Below, piece after piece: positions 49,379 to 58,292 of a stretch of 64,000 nt of DNA (its first letter is position 1; every line of letters starts with the position of its first letter). The DNA is taken from IMG/VR virus record IMGVR_UViG_3300031857_000005, positions 124,001-188,000 of that record. One strand, written 5' to 3'. Below the pieces are notes generated by a model that worked only from the letters and a program-made list of their open reading frames with translations, did no database searches and was not told where the DNA came from. Position numbers and translations under genes: made by a program.

Positions 49379-51598
49379 ATGGCACAACAAAATATTAATC
49401 AATATGTATATTCTAAATTACGACTTAACATCGTAAATGAGTGTCAAGATATGTCTTTGGCGTCTGATGAGGTAAATTACAACCAAGAAGTTGTATTTTC
49501 ACCATTTCTTATTGCCCAAACATATGGAAATAAGTTACCAATAAACATAGATATATCGGATACGGATACCGTTCAAAATTTGAATTTATTCTATAAAGAT
49601 TATAATTTCAATAATATTTTTGTTTCTCAAAATTATTATAACCCTGAAAATAAAGATTTGTTATGTTTTTCATCATCAACAGCTTGTGATATAGGATTAA
49701 CGGGAATTGATAATGGGTTGGTAACATCAATGAATGGTGAAGAAATAAATTTCACAAATGGTTTATACGATAACTCATTAAAATTTGAAAGATTATATTT
49801 TGATAGAAGATTTAAGATGTTTCAAACTACTGGATATACTACTGATAATGTTAGATTTTCAGGTATAACCGACAGAACATTGTATGAAGTTGTTAGTAAG
49901 AATGGTCCAACAGGAAAATATCACGAACTATATGGGGGGTTCTATCAAGGATTTTATAGATTGTTTGGTTATGATTATAATATTTTTCCTGAAAGGATGA
50001 ATAAAGGATGGTCGGTTGAGATGTTGTTAAAACCGAGATTGATAGATGAATATTTTCCAAGTACAGGAGAAACTACTCTTAATGAAATTTATCCTGAAAA
50101 TGCTGAAATATTCTTTTATTTTGGTACAAGAGCTGAAAATAAATTTTATCACCACGCAGATGGTTCCCCAAATTGTTTTCCTGAATATAACAGAGTTACA
50201 AATGGGTTAGAAGAATGTGTGCAGACTTGTGCTTGTTGTAATCAACAAATCACAAATAGTAGATGTATATATGTTTACCCACCAAGATCAGAAAATAATC
50301 AACACGATCCTCATTTAAATTATGGATGTGATTTATGTAATGGAAATAAAGATAAAAAATTAACTTGTGGTTGTGACTGTGGTAAACAAGCTTGTGATTT
50401 GTGTGGGTGGGAATGTTTTACTCATCAGTGTGAAAACATAATTACGCCAACACCAACGCCAACACCTGATCCAACACCGACTCCTGATTGTAATAACCCC
50501 ATACCTGTCTGTACTCCAACTTGTACAACTTGCGATACTTGTGACGAATGTGAGAATTGCCCATCAACAGGATTTACTTCAGTTGAGAACACTTGCGAAT
50601 CTAATCCTTTATTTGACTCAATGTCGAATGCGATAGCAATTAAATTATGTGGTAGTAAAAACAATCCTCAAATTGGTGTTAAAATATTTAGATGGACTGG
50701 TAATTGTGAAACCACAGGAACTTGTGTTACAGGACAAACTTATGTTACGGGTTATACAATAGATGAATATTGTTCTCCTGATGGAATATATGATTATTGT
50801 GAAATAGTTAATCCTTTATATTTGTTAGAGGAACATTGGTTCCAAGTAGATGTTGTATGGGAAAGATATACTTGGTTAGATATATGTGATTTATGGTGGA
50901 GAGGTGGTCTTGGGGACATTACCAAATTTGAATACTTAGATTCGTTGGCTAACGATACTACAAAATTAATTAAACCCCCAATTACTCGTGGAACAGAAAT
51001 TGCGGAGAAAATAGAACTTGTTAATTTGGATCAATCTTGGTTAGATGACACCCAATTAAGAATGGGGAGATTAAAAATTTATGTTAATGGAAAAATATTC
51101 TTCAAAATAGAAAATATTGAGGAGATAATACCAAGAGCATTAAGTACGGATAAAGAAAGACAGTTAGGAGTTCCATTTAATATTTCTTGGGGTGGTGGAA
51201 CACAAGGATTAAGGGAAAATTTAACATTCTCGGCTTGTACTGCACTTGACGGAAAATATATACAAGACCCCGAATGTTTCTCAACAGAGTTATTAAACAC
51301 AACATCTTTAGCAGGATTACAAACAAATATATTATTGGAACAAAATTTTGCGGGGACTTTTGAGGGTGGTATATCACAATTTAGAATGTATGTAGAACCT
51401 TTATCGGCACCTGAAGTAAAACATAACTTCTTATTACTTAAAGATACTTTTGATATGTTAAACCCTGATTGTCCTGATTGTAGTACAATTGTTTGTTTAC
51501 CAAATGATTTCACATATGTTTTAGTTGAGTTGGATTTCTTAGTAACTCAAGATTTTTTCTACATTAGAACACAGAATAATGATTATTTCATAGTCTGA
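49379..51598 (+). CDS. Large structural protein with Cys-rich insert and (PT)n linker (start probably 49379)
   Basis: ORF track start 49142 overlaps the opposite gene; MAQQNINQY start has motif upstream; CACC, CGCDCG, PTPTPTPDPTPTP, CTTCDTCDECENC. Confidence 0.7.
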   Translation: MAQQNINQYVYSKLRLNIVNECQDMSLASDEVNYNQEVVFSPFLIAQTYGNKLPINIDISDTDTVQNLNLFYKDYNFNNIFVSQNYYNPENKDLLCFSSSTACDIGLTGIDNGLVTSMNGEEINFTNGLYDNSLKFERLYFDRRFKMFQTTGYTTDNVRFSGITDRTLYEVVSKNGPTGKYHELYGGFYQGFYRLFGYDYNIFPERMNKGWSVEMLLKPRLIDEYFPSTGETTLNEIYPENAEIFFYFGTRAENKFYHHADGSPNCFPEYNRVTNGLEECVQTCACCNQQITNSRCIYVYPPRSENNQHDPHLNYGCDLCNGNKDKKLTCGCDCGKQACDLCGWECFTHQCENIITPTPTPTPDPTPTPDCNNPIPVCTPTCTTCDTCDECENCPSTGFTSVENTCESNPLFDSMSNAIAIKLCGSKNNPQIGVKIFRWTGNCETTGTCVTGQTYVTGYTIDEYCSPDGIYDYCEIVNPLYLLEEHWFQVDVVWERYTWLDICDLWWRGGLGDITKFEYLDSLANDTTKLIKPPITRGTEIAEKIELVNLDQSWLDDTQLRMGRLKIYVNGKIFFKIENIEEIIPRALSTDKERQLGVPFNISWGGGTQGLRENLTFSACTALDGKYIQDPECFSTELLNTTSLAGLQTNILLEQNFAGTFEGGISQFRMYVEPLSAPEVKHNFLLLKDTFDMLNPDCPDCSTIVCLPNDFTYVLVELDFLVTQDFFYIRTQNNDYFIV

Positions 51599-51618
51599 AA
51601 TATTTATAGTAAAAAAAC

Positions 51619-54600
51619 ATGGCAAACATTAGAATTACCGATTTAGATTTAGTCCCATTTTCATCAATAACTGTTGATGACGTTTTTCCATTGGTAGATG
51701 TTAGTGGTAATACCACATATAAAATTAATTTAAATCAATTAAGTAATTATTTATCAGGATTTAATAACCGTTGGTACATTGAATCAGGTGAAACAATAAC
51801 CGTAAGAACAAATACTCAAAGTTTTATATATAACGATTTAATTGTTTATGGTAATTTAGTTTTGGAAAATAACTCAAAACTATTTGTTGTTAATGGGAAC
51901 ATTGAACTTATAAGTGGGGGAACAATTTCAAATGATGGGGGAGATATAATTTTAATTGATTTACCTGAATTTGATACCAAAGTTACTGATTTTACATATA
52001 ATGACAATGAATTTACTATATCAAATAATATTGGTAGTTCATATTCAGTTTCACTTAATGAAGTTACAGGTTTAACTGTAAACGGTAATTTTAGTGCAAC
52101 AACAATAAGTGCGTCTACTATTGATTTGTGTGGTACAAATGGAATATTATTTACCGATACCATATCAGGATGTTCCCCAATTAATATTTTAAGTTTTGCA
52201 ATTTTTCACGAAGGGTTAAGTGCCAATACAATTTCTGCAATAACATATCAAAATTTACCTGACAATGTTACTGGATTTTATTTACCATTAAGTGGAGGGA
52301 CAGTTACTGGATCAACAACATTTACTAATGGATTATTGTCAAGTACAATCTCTGCAACAACAATAAGTGGAGGTACTTTTTATGGTGATGGTAGTAACTT
52401 ACTTGGTAGTATAACTGGTGGAACTAATTTAGGTGACGGATTACCAATTTTTAGTAACACTCAAAATAAAAATTTAGAATTTAACTCAATTACTGGAGAC
52501 ACCCTTGATAAAATTTCAACTACTCTTAATTCAAACAAAATTGAAATTGGGATAAATGAACCTAATTTAGATATTTGGCCTTTAGTGGTAAAAGGAAGTA
52601 AGTTGTTAAATGGTGGTGTTTCATATATAAGCGGTTATACTTTTGAGGTAAGTCCTTTAGAATATATAATTGGAGAAACTATATATTCAATAACATCGTC
52701 ATCAACTGTTGTATTGAATTCGGGAGATAGTACATATGATAGGATTGATGTTATTATATCCGACGTTTTTGGGAATACATCTGTAATTCAAGGAACACCA
52801 TCCTTAAATCCCGAAAAACCAAATATAGATGAATTAACCCAACTTGAAATTACATTTATATTGGTACCAGCAAATAGTATTGAACCTGATATAACCACAC
52901 TAATATTATATAATAATAATTTGGGGACACCAACGGAATGGACATTTGGTTCGGTTGGTTCACAACCAACAAGAATAATTTCATCAGCAACTGAAGAAAC
53001 TTACAGTGGATCAACATCTATTAGAGTTAGTGGTGTTACAGGTGCATTTACAACATCTTTTAGATTAACTGGATTAACTACTGTTGACACAACAAATTAT
53101 TCTTCATTACAATTTGCAATAAGAAATTTATCCGCAAACACAACAACAACACAAATAAGATTCAGATTTTTAACATCCACAGGTACTCAAAATGGTAGTG
53201 CTGTTTTTATGAATGCCGCGGGTTCTTCAAACTTTGTCCAATATAATAATACTAACACATCATCATGGCAAGTAATATCAATACCTTTATGGAGATTTTA
53301 TCTAACTAATAATTTTGCACAAATTTTAGAAGTATCATTCAATAGTCCTAATGCAAGATATTATTTTGATTTAATCGAATTGTTAGAGGGTTATTCATCT
53401 TCCCCTCCTGTTAATTCTTGGACGGCAATAAAAGGTGATGGGACAACCACTATTACCGCACCAAACCCAAATGCTACTTTAACAATTTCAGGTGGAACAA
53501 ATATTAGTTCATCAATATCTGGTTCATCTACTGTTGTTCTAAACTTGGATAATAATATTTCACTTAATAGTGTTAGTGCAACAACTATAAGTGGGGGAAC
53601 ATTTTATGGTGATGGTAGTAATCTTACAGGAATTGGTGGTGGAGATAACTTTTTACCATTAAGTGGTGGTACGGTAACAGGTGATACTATTTTTACACAA
53701 AATATTACTGCGAATACCGTTAATAGTTTAAGGTTAGGTATTGGTGGTGGAAACATAAATTCTAATATTTCGTTGGGAACAAATTCACTCCAATCTAATA
53801 CTACAGGATTTGAAAACATTTCTTTTGGTAATCAATCACTCCAAAACAATACAACAGGTGTTAGAAATATTGCAATTGGTTCAAATACTTTACAAGCTAA
53901 CATAACAGGAAATTACAACGTATCATTGGGTAGATATTCACTCCGATGCAATACAACAGGTAGTAACAACGTATCATTGGGTAGATATTCACTCCGATGG
54001 AATACAACGGGTAGTAACAACGTATCATTGGGTGCGTGTTCACTCCTTTGTAACAGTACAGGTACTGCAAATATTGCGTTGGGTCAAAGTTCACTCCAAC
54101 GTAACACAACAGGTTACCGAAACGTATCATTAGGTAGTTATTCACTCTATTCTAACACAACAGGAACTAACAATGTATCGTTGGGTGCAAATTCACTCAT
54201 ATCCAATATCTCAGGATGTTTAAACGTGAGTATAGGTACAAATTCACTCCTATCTAACACAACAGGAGGTAGTAACATATCGATGGGTTTTCAATCACTC
54301 CGTAACAACACAACAGGAACTAACAACATATCGTTAGGTGGGTGTTCACTTTATTGTAACAGTATAGGATGTAACAACGTATCATTGGGTAGATATTCAC
54401 TCCAACGTAACACAACAGGAAATAATAACGTTGCGTTGGGTTACTCCTCACTCCGATGTAACACAACAGGATTATACAACGTATCGTTGGGTCAAAATTC
54501 ACTCCGATTAAACACAACAGGATGTAACAACGTATCGTTGGGATCAAGCTCACTCCAAAATAATACAACAGGTAATCACAACATATCATTGGGTTCAGGT

Positions 54601-56160
54601 TCACTCCTATCCAATATTTCAGGATGTTACAACGTATCGTTAGGTCAAAGTTCACTACTAAACAACACCACAGGATGTAACAACGTATCGTTGGGTAATT
54701 GCTCACTCCGAGGTAACACAACAGGATGTAACAACGTATCGTTAGGTTTGTGTTCACTCCGAGCAAACACTACAGGTAATGGAAATATTGCGTTAGGACA
54801 AGTTTCATTATTTAGTAATACAACTGGTTATCGTAATATTGGTTTAGGTGTAAGTTTAGTTGCAAATACCACAGGGTCTAATAATATAGCCCTTGGGGAT
54901 AATGCATTAGCCTTTAACACAACAGGAAATGGTAATATTGCATTGGGATCAAGATCTTTAAGAAGTAATACAACAGGGTTTTACAACGTCTCTATTGGTT
55001 GCGGTGCAATGTATTGTAGTACAACTAGTAATTTTAATACCGCAATAGGTTTTAGATCGTTATTTTGTAACACAACAGGTACTCGTAATGTTGGGATTGG
55101 TCAACAAACACTTTACGATAATACTACAGGTAATGATAATGTTGCGTTAGGGTATAGAATTTTAAGACGTAACACAACAGGATGTAACAACGTATCGTTA
55201 GGTTCTCTTTCACTATATGGTAATACAGTAGGAAATTACAACGTAGCGTTAGGACAATCTGCTTTACGTTGTAATACTTCAGGTACAACTAATGTTGGAA
55301 TTGGGAGGTGTTCTTTGTGTTTAAATACAACAGGTTCTTACAACGTAGCGTTGGGTCAAAATTCACTCCGATCAAACACAACAGGATGTCTTAATGTTGC
55401 GTTGGGATCATGTTCACTCCAAAACAACACAACAGGATGTTTTAATGTTGCTTTAGGTTTAAGTTCACTCCGATTAAACACAACAGGATGTAACAACGTA
55501 TCGTTGGGACAACTTTCGCTCTTTTCTAACACAACAGGAGCATACAACGTATCGTTGGGTACAGGTTCACTAAACACTAACACAACAGGATGTAACAACG
55601 TATCGTTGGGTAATCGTTCATTAAACTTTAACACAACAGGTTCTGACAACGTATCGTTGGGTAATCGTTCACTCCAATGTAATATTAATGGTGGATCAAA
55701 TGTATCAATAGGAAGGTATTCATTACAATGTAACACTTCGGGAACTTTAAATGTTTCTATAGGAGAAAGGTCAATGAGAAATAATACAACATCTAATTTT
55801 AACATTGCAATGGGTTATAACTCACTTTTTAGTAATTTATCAGGTAATACTAATATAAGTTTGGGTGTACAATCTTTATTTAGTAATAATGTTGGGGCGT
55901 GTAATATTGCAATAGGATTTAAAAGTGCTTGTATTAATACTTCAGGAAATACAAACGTTGTTATAGGATGTGAAGCACAAACGGGTGATTTTTCTAATTC
56001 GGTAATATTAGGTAATAGTGCCACTGCGGGTAATAATAATGAATTTGTGGTAGGTAGTTCAGGAACTCCTTTAGGAACAATAACAACCGAATCGTGCACA
56101 TCAAGTAAAACATGGCAGATAAGAGTCAATGGTAACTTATATAAATTACTATTGGCTTAA
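51619..56160 (+). CDS. Long tail fibre / adhesin with ~43 x 17-aa beta-roll repeats
   Basis: N-terminal MANIRITDL..DDVFPLVD..TYKI anchor-type motif; NVSLGxxSLxxNTTGxx repeats; C-terminal WQIRVNGNLYKLLL. Confidence 0.8.
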   Translation: MANIRITDLDLVPFSSITVDDVFPLVDVSGNTTYKINLNQLSNYLSGFNNRWYIESGETITVRTNTQSFIYNDLIVYGNLVLENNSKLFVVNGNIELISGGTISNDGGDIILIDLPEFDTKVTDFTYNDNEFTISNNIGSSYSVSLNEVTGLTVNGNFSATTISASTIDLCGTNGILFTDTISGCSPINILSFAIFHEGLSANTISAITYQNLPDNVTGFYLPLSGGTVTGSTTFTNGLLSSTISATTISGGTFYGDGSNLLGSITGGTNLGDGLPIFSNTQNKNLEFNSITGDTLDKISTTLNSNKIEIGINEPNLDIWPLVVKGSKLLNGGVSYISGYTFEVSPLEYIIGETIYSITSSSTVVLNSGDSTYDRIDVIISDVFGNTSVIQGTPSLNPEKPNIDELTQLEITFILVPANSIEPDITTLILYNNNLGTPTEWTFGSVGSQPTRIISSATEETYSGSTSIRVSGVTGAFTTSFRLTGLTTVDTTNYSSLQFAIRNLSANTTTTQIRFRFLTSTGTQNGSAVFMNAAGSSNFVQYNNTNTSSWQVISIPLWRFYLTNNFAQILEVSFNSPNARYYFDLIELLEGYSSSPPVNSWTAIKGDGTTTITAPNPNATLTISGGTNISSSISGSSTVVLNLDNNISLNSVSATTISGGTFYGDGSNLTGIGGGDNFLPLSGGTVTGDTIFTQNITANTVNSLRLGIGGGNINSNISLGTNSLQSNTTGFENISFGNQSLQNNTTGVRNIAIGSNTLQANITGNYNVSLGRYSLRCNTTGSNNVSLGRYSLRWNTTGSNNVSLGACSLLCNSTGTANIALGQSSLQRNTTGYRNVSLGSYSLYSNTTGTNNVSLGANSLISNISGCLNVSIGTNSLLSNTTGGSNISMGFQSLRNNTTGTNNISLGGCSLYCNSIGCNNVSLGRYSLQRNTTGNNNVALGYSSLRCNTTGLYNVSLGQNSLRLNTTGCNNVSLGSSSLQNNTTGNHNISLGSGSLLSNISGCYNVSLGQSSLLNNTTGCNNVSLGNCSLRGNTTGCNNVSLGLCSLRANTTGNGNIALGQVSLFSNTTGYRNIGLGVSLVANTTGSNNIALGDNALAFNTTGNGNIALGSRSLRSNTTGFYNVSIGCGAMYCSTTSNFNTAIGFRSLFCNTTGTRNVGIGQQTLYDNTTGNDNVALGYRILRRNTTGCNNVSLGSLSLYGNTVGNYNVALGQSALRCNTSGTTNVGIGRCSLCLNTTGSYNVALGQNSLRSNTTGCLNVALGSCSLQNNTTGCFNVALGLSSLRLNTTGCNNVSLGQLSLFSNTTGAYNVSLGTGSLNTNTTGCNNVSLGNRSLNFNTTGSDNVSLGNRSLQCNINGGSNVSIGRYSLQCNTSGTLNVSIGERSMRNNTTSNFNIAMGYNSLFSNLSGNTNISLGVQSLFSNNVGACNIAIGFKSACINTSGNTNVVIGCEAQTGDFSNSVILGNSATAGNNNEFVVGSSGTPLGTITTESCTSSKTWQIRVNGNLYKLLLA
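53760..55990 (+). repeat. 51-nt (17-aa) coding tandem repeat array, ~43 units
   Basis: For example, units at 53917 and 53968 differ at 2 of 51 nt. Confidence 0.92.
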
Positions 56161-56201
56161 AATATTTTATGTTTATGTTTTAGTTAAATTAATAATATAA
56201 C

Positions 56202-57023
56202 ATGGTACAAAAAATTTTTTTTAACGCATCACTACCGAGAGCAGGATCAACATTACTGCAAAATATTCTAATGCAAAATCCTGATATTTATTCCACACCA
56301 ACTTCTGGTGTTATAGAATTATTATCAACCGCAAGAACATTATATTCTAATGGAGATGCGTTTAAGGCTCAAGATTCTGAAACTATGAAATCAGGATTTA
56401 AAAATTTTTGTAACAAAGGTTTTTTTGGGTTTTATGATGGTGTTACTAATAGACCTTATGTTATGGAAAAAAGTAGAGGTTGGCTTGGATACCAAGATTT
56501 TGTTGAATTTTTTATGGATGAAAAACCTAAAATAATTTGTATGGTTCGTGATTTGAGATCAATATTTTCATCAATGGAAAAAAATTATAGAAAAAATCCT
56601 GATAAAGATCCAAACATTGTTAATACTGTTGAATTAAAAAATATGACAACAACATCAAGGATAGATCATTACTCAATTTCTCCCCCAATCGGACCATCAT
56701 TAGAATGGTTATCGGAGACATTCCAAAGAAAACAAAATAAAGATATACTTTTTATCCGATTTGAGGATTTAACATCAAATCCTGATACTGAACTTAAAAA
56801 GATTTACAACTATTTAGAATTACCTTACTACCAACATGATTTTAATAATGTACAACAACTTACATTTGAGAATGATATAATCCATGGGATTTTTGGTGAT
56901 CACCAAATTAAATCTCAGGTAAAACCTGTTAAAGATGATTACGTTGATATATTAAGTCAAGAAAATTGTGATAGATTAAGACAACATTATGATTGGTTTT
57001 TTAGGACATTTAACTATTTATAA
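56202..57023 (+). CDS. PAPS-dependent sulfotransferase
   Basis: 5'-PSB loop SLPRAGSTLL; EKSR; 3'-PB MVRDLRSIFSS; IRFEDL..P...L.KIY.YL. Confidence 0.85.
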   Translation: MVQKIFFNASLPRAGSTLLQNILMQNPDIYSTPTSGVIELLSTARTLYSNGDAFKAQDSETMKSGFKNFCNKGFFGFYDGVTNRPYVMEKSRGWLGYQDFVEFFMDEKPKIICMVRDLRSIFSSMEKNYRKNPDKDPNIVNTVELKNMTTTSRIDHYSISPPIGPSLEWLSETFQRKQNKDILFIRFEDLTSNPDTELKKIYNYLELPYYQHDFNNVQQLTFENDIIHGIFGDHQIKSQVKPVKDDYVDILSQENCDRLRQHYDWFFRTFNYL

Positions 57024-57050
57024 TATATAAAAAATTAAAAATATAATAAA

Positions 57051-57293
57051 ATGGAAGAAAATATAACACAAGAGCAAATCCAAAACAGTATCAACGCCGC
57101 GTTTGACTCCGTTAATTTAATAAATCAAATGTTAACGTCAGAAAAAACTGATGAAAACAAAAATACTGTAAAAAGAAATTTTGAACATTTGGAAATAATG
57201 TTATCAAAAGATTGGTTTTTAACAAATTTAACTGAACAACAAAAAACGGATATTGATTCTTCAATTGAAGATGGTAAATTGTTTATTTTGTAA
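57051..57293 (+). CDS. Small hypothetical protein (tail-fibre-associated?)
   Basis: ORF track, 80 aa. Confidence 0.7.
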   Translation: MEENITQEQIQNSINAAFDSVNLINQMLTSEKTDENKNTVKRNFEHLEIMLSKDWFLTNLTEQQKTDIDSSIEDGKLFIL

Positions 57294-57316
57294 TACTATA
57301 AATTATATTTTTTCTT

Positions 57317-58195
57317 ATGGAAGAAAAATATTTGGTTTGGCACATTGAGGGTGGTTTAGGTAAAAATATTGCGGCAACGGCATTATTAAATTCATTAAAA
57401 GAAAAATACAATGATAGAAAAATTGTTGTAGTTGCATCTTATCCCGAAATATTTTTAAACTTACCATCGGTATATAGGGTATACAAATTAGGTTCTACTC
57501 AGTATTTTTATGATGATTATATTAAAGATAAAGATACTATAGTTTTTAAACATGAACCATATTATGAAACACAACATATATTGAAACAAAAACATTTGAT
57601 TTCAAATTGGTGTAACATAATGGGAATAGATTATAATTTTCAATTACCAACTTTAAATTTTAATTTTGTTCAACAAAGGAATGTACTTTCATGGGAAAGA
57701 AGTAAACCTATTTTGGTGATTCAAACAAATGGAGGACATCTTCAGAGTAATCAATCTTATTCTTGGACAAGAGATTTGCCTTATATGATAACTTCTCAAA
57801 TTGCAGAAAAATATAAAGAGACTCATCACATCATACAAGTATGTAAACCAAATTCAATAAAATTACCAAACGCAGAAATTATTGATTATCAAATTCAATC
57901 AATGGATTTGTTTGGATTACTTATTGCAAGTGATAAAAGAATTCTAATTGATTCTTGTTTGCAACACGCATCCGCCGCACTTAATTTACCATCTACTGTG
58001 TTTTGGATTGGTACGTCACCTAAAAACTTTGGTTATTCATTACATAATAATATTATTGCTAATCAACCAACCGATACCACAAAATTAATTGATGGTTATC
58101 TTTTTGACTATTCTTTTGACGGAATAAGTCACGAATGTCCTTATTATAGTTTGGAAGAAATGTTTGACATACCAAATATCTTGGAAAAGATATAA
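57317..58195 (+). CDS. GT9/heptosyltransferase-like glycosyltransferase (GT-B)
   Basis: HIEGGLGKNIAAT, ILVIQTNGG, LIDSCLQHASAALNLPSTVFW. Confidence 0.68.
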   Translation: MEEKYLVWHIEGGLGKNIAATALLNSLKEKYNDRKIVVVASYPEIFLNLPSVYRVYKLGSTQYFYDDYIKDKDTIVFKHEPYYETQHILKQKHLISNWCNIMGIDYNFQLPTLNFNFVQQRNVLSWERSKPILVIQTNGGHLQSNQSYSWTRDLPYMITSQIAEKYKETHHIIQVCKPNSIKLPNAEIIDYQIQSMDLFGLLIASDKRILIDSCLQHASAALNLPSTVFWIGTSPKNFGYSLHNNIIANQPTDTTKLIDGYLFDYSFDGISHECPYYSLEEMFDIPNILEKI

Positions 58196-58292
58196 CCCGT
58201 TAAAAATCATTTTTTTATTTACTTTTTAAAATTAATTTCTGTATCTATCAGACAATTCTCTATTGGATAGATATTTATTGTAAAAACTAATA

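Noticed and set aside
53760-55990. CRISPR array or DGR variable region
   Set aside because: The repeats are in-frame coding units with no unique spacers. No reverse transcriptase or template repeat is in the window, and variation is not adenine-specific.
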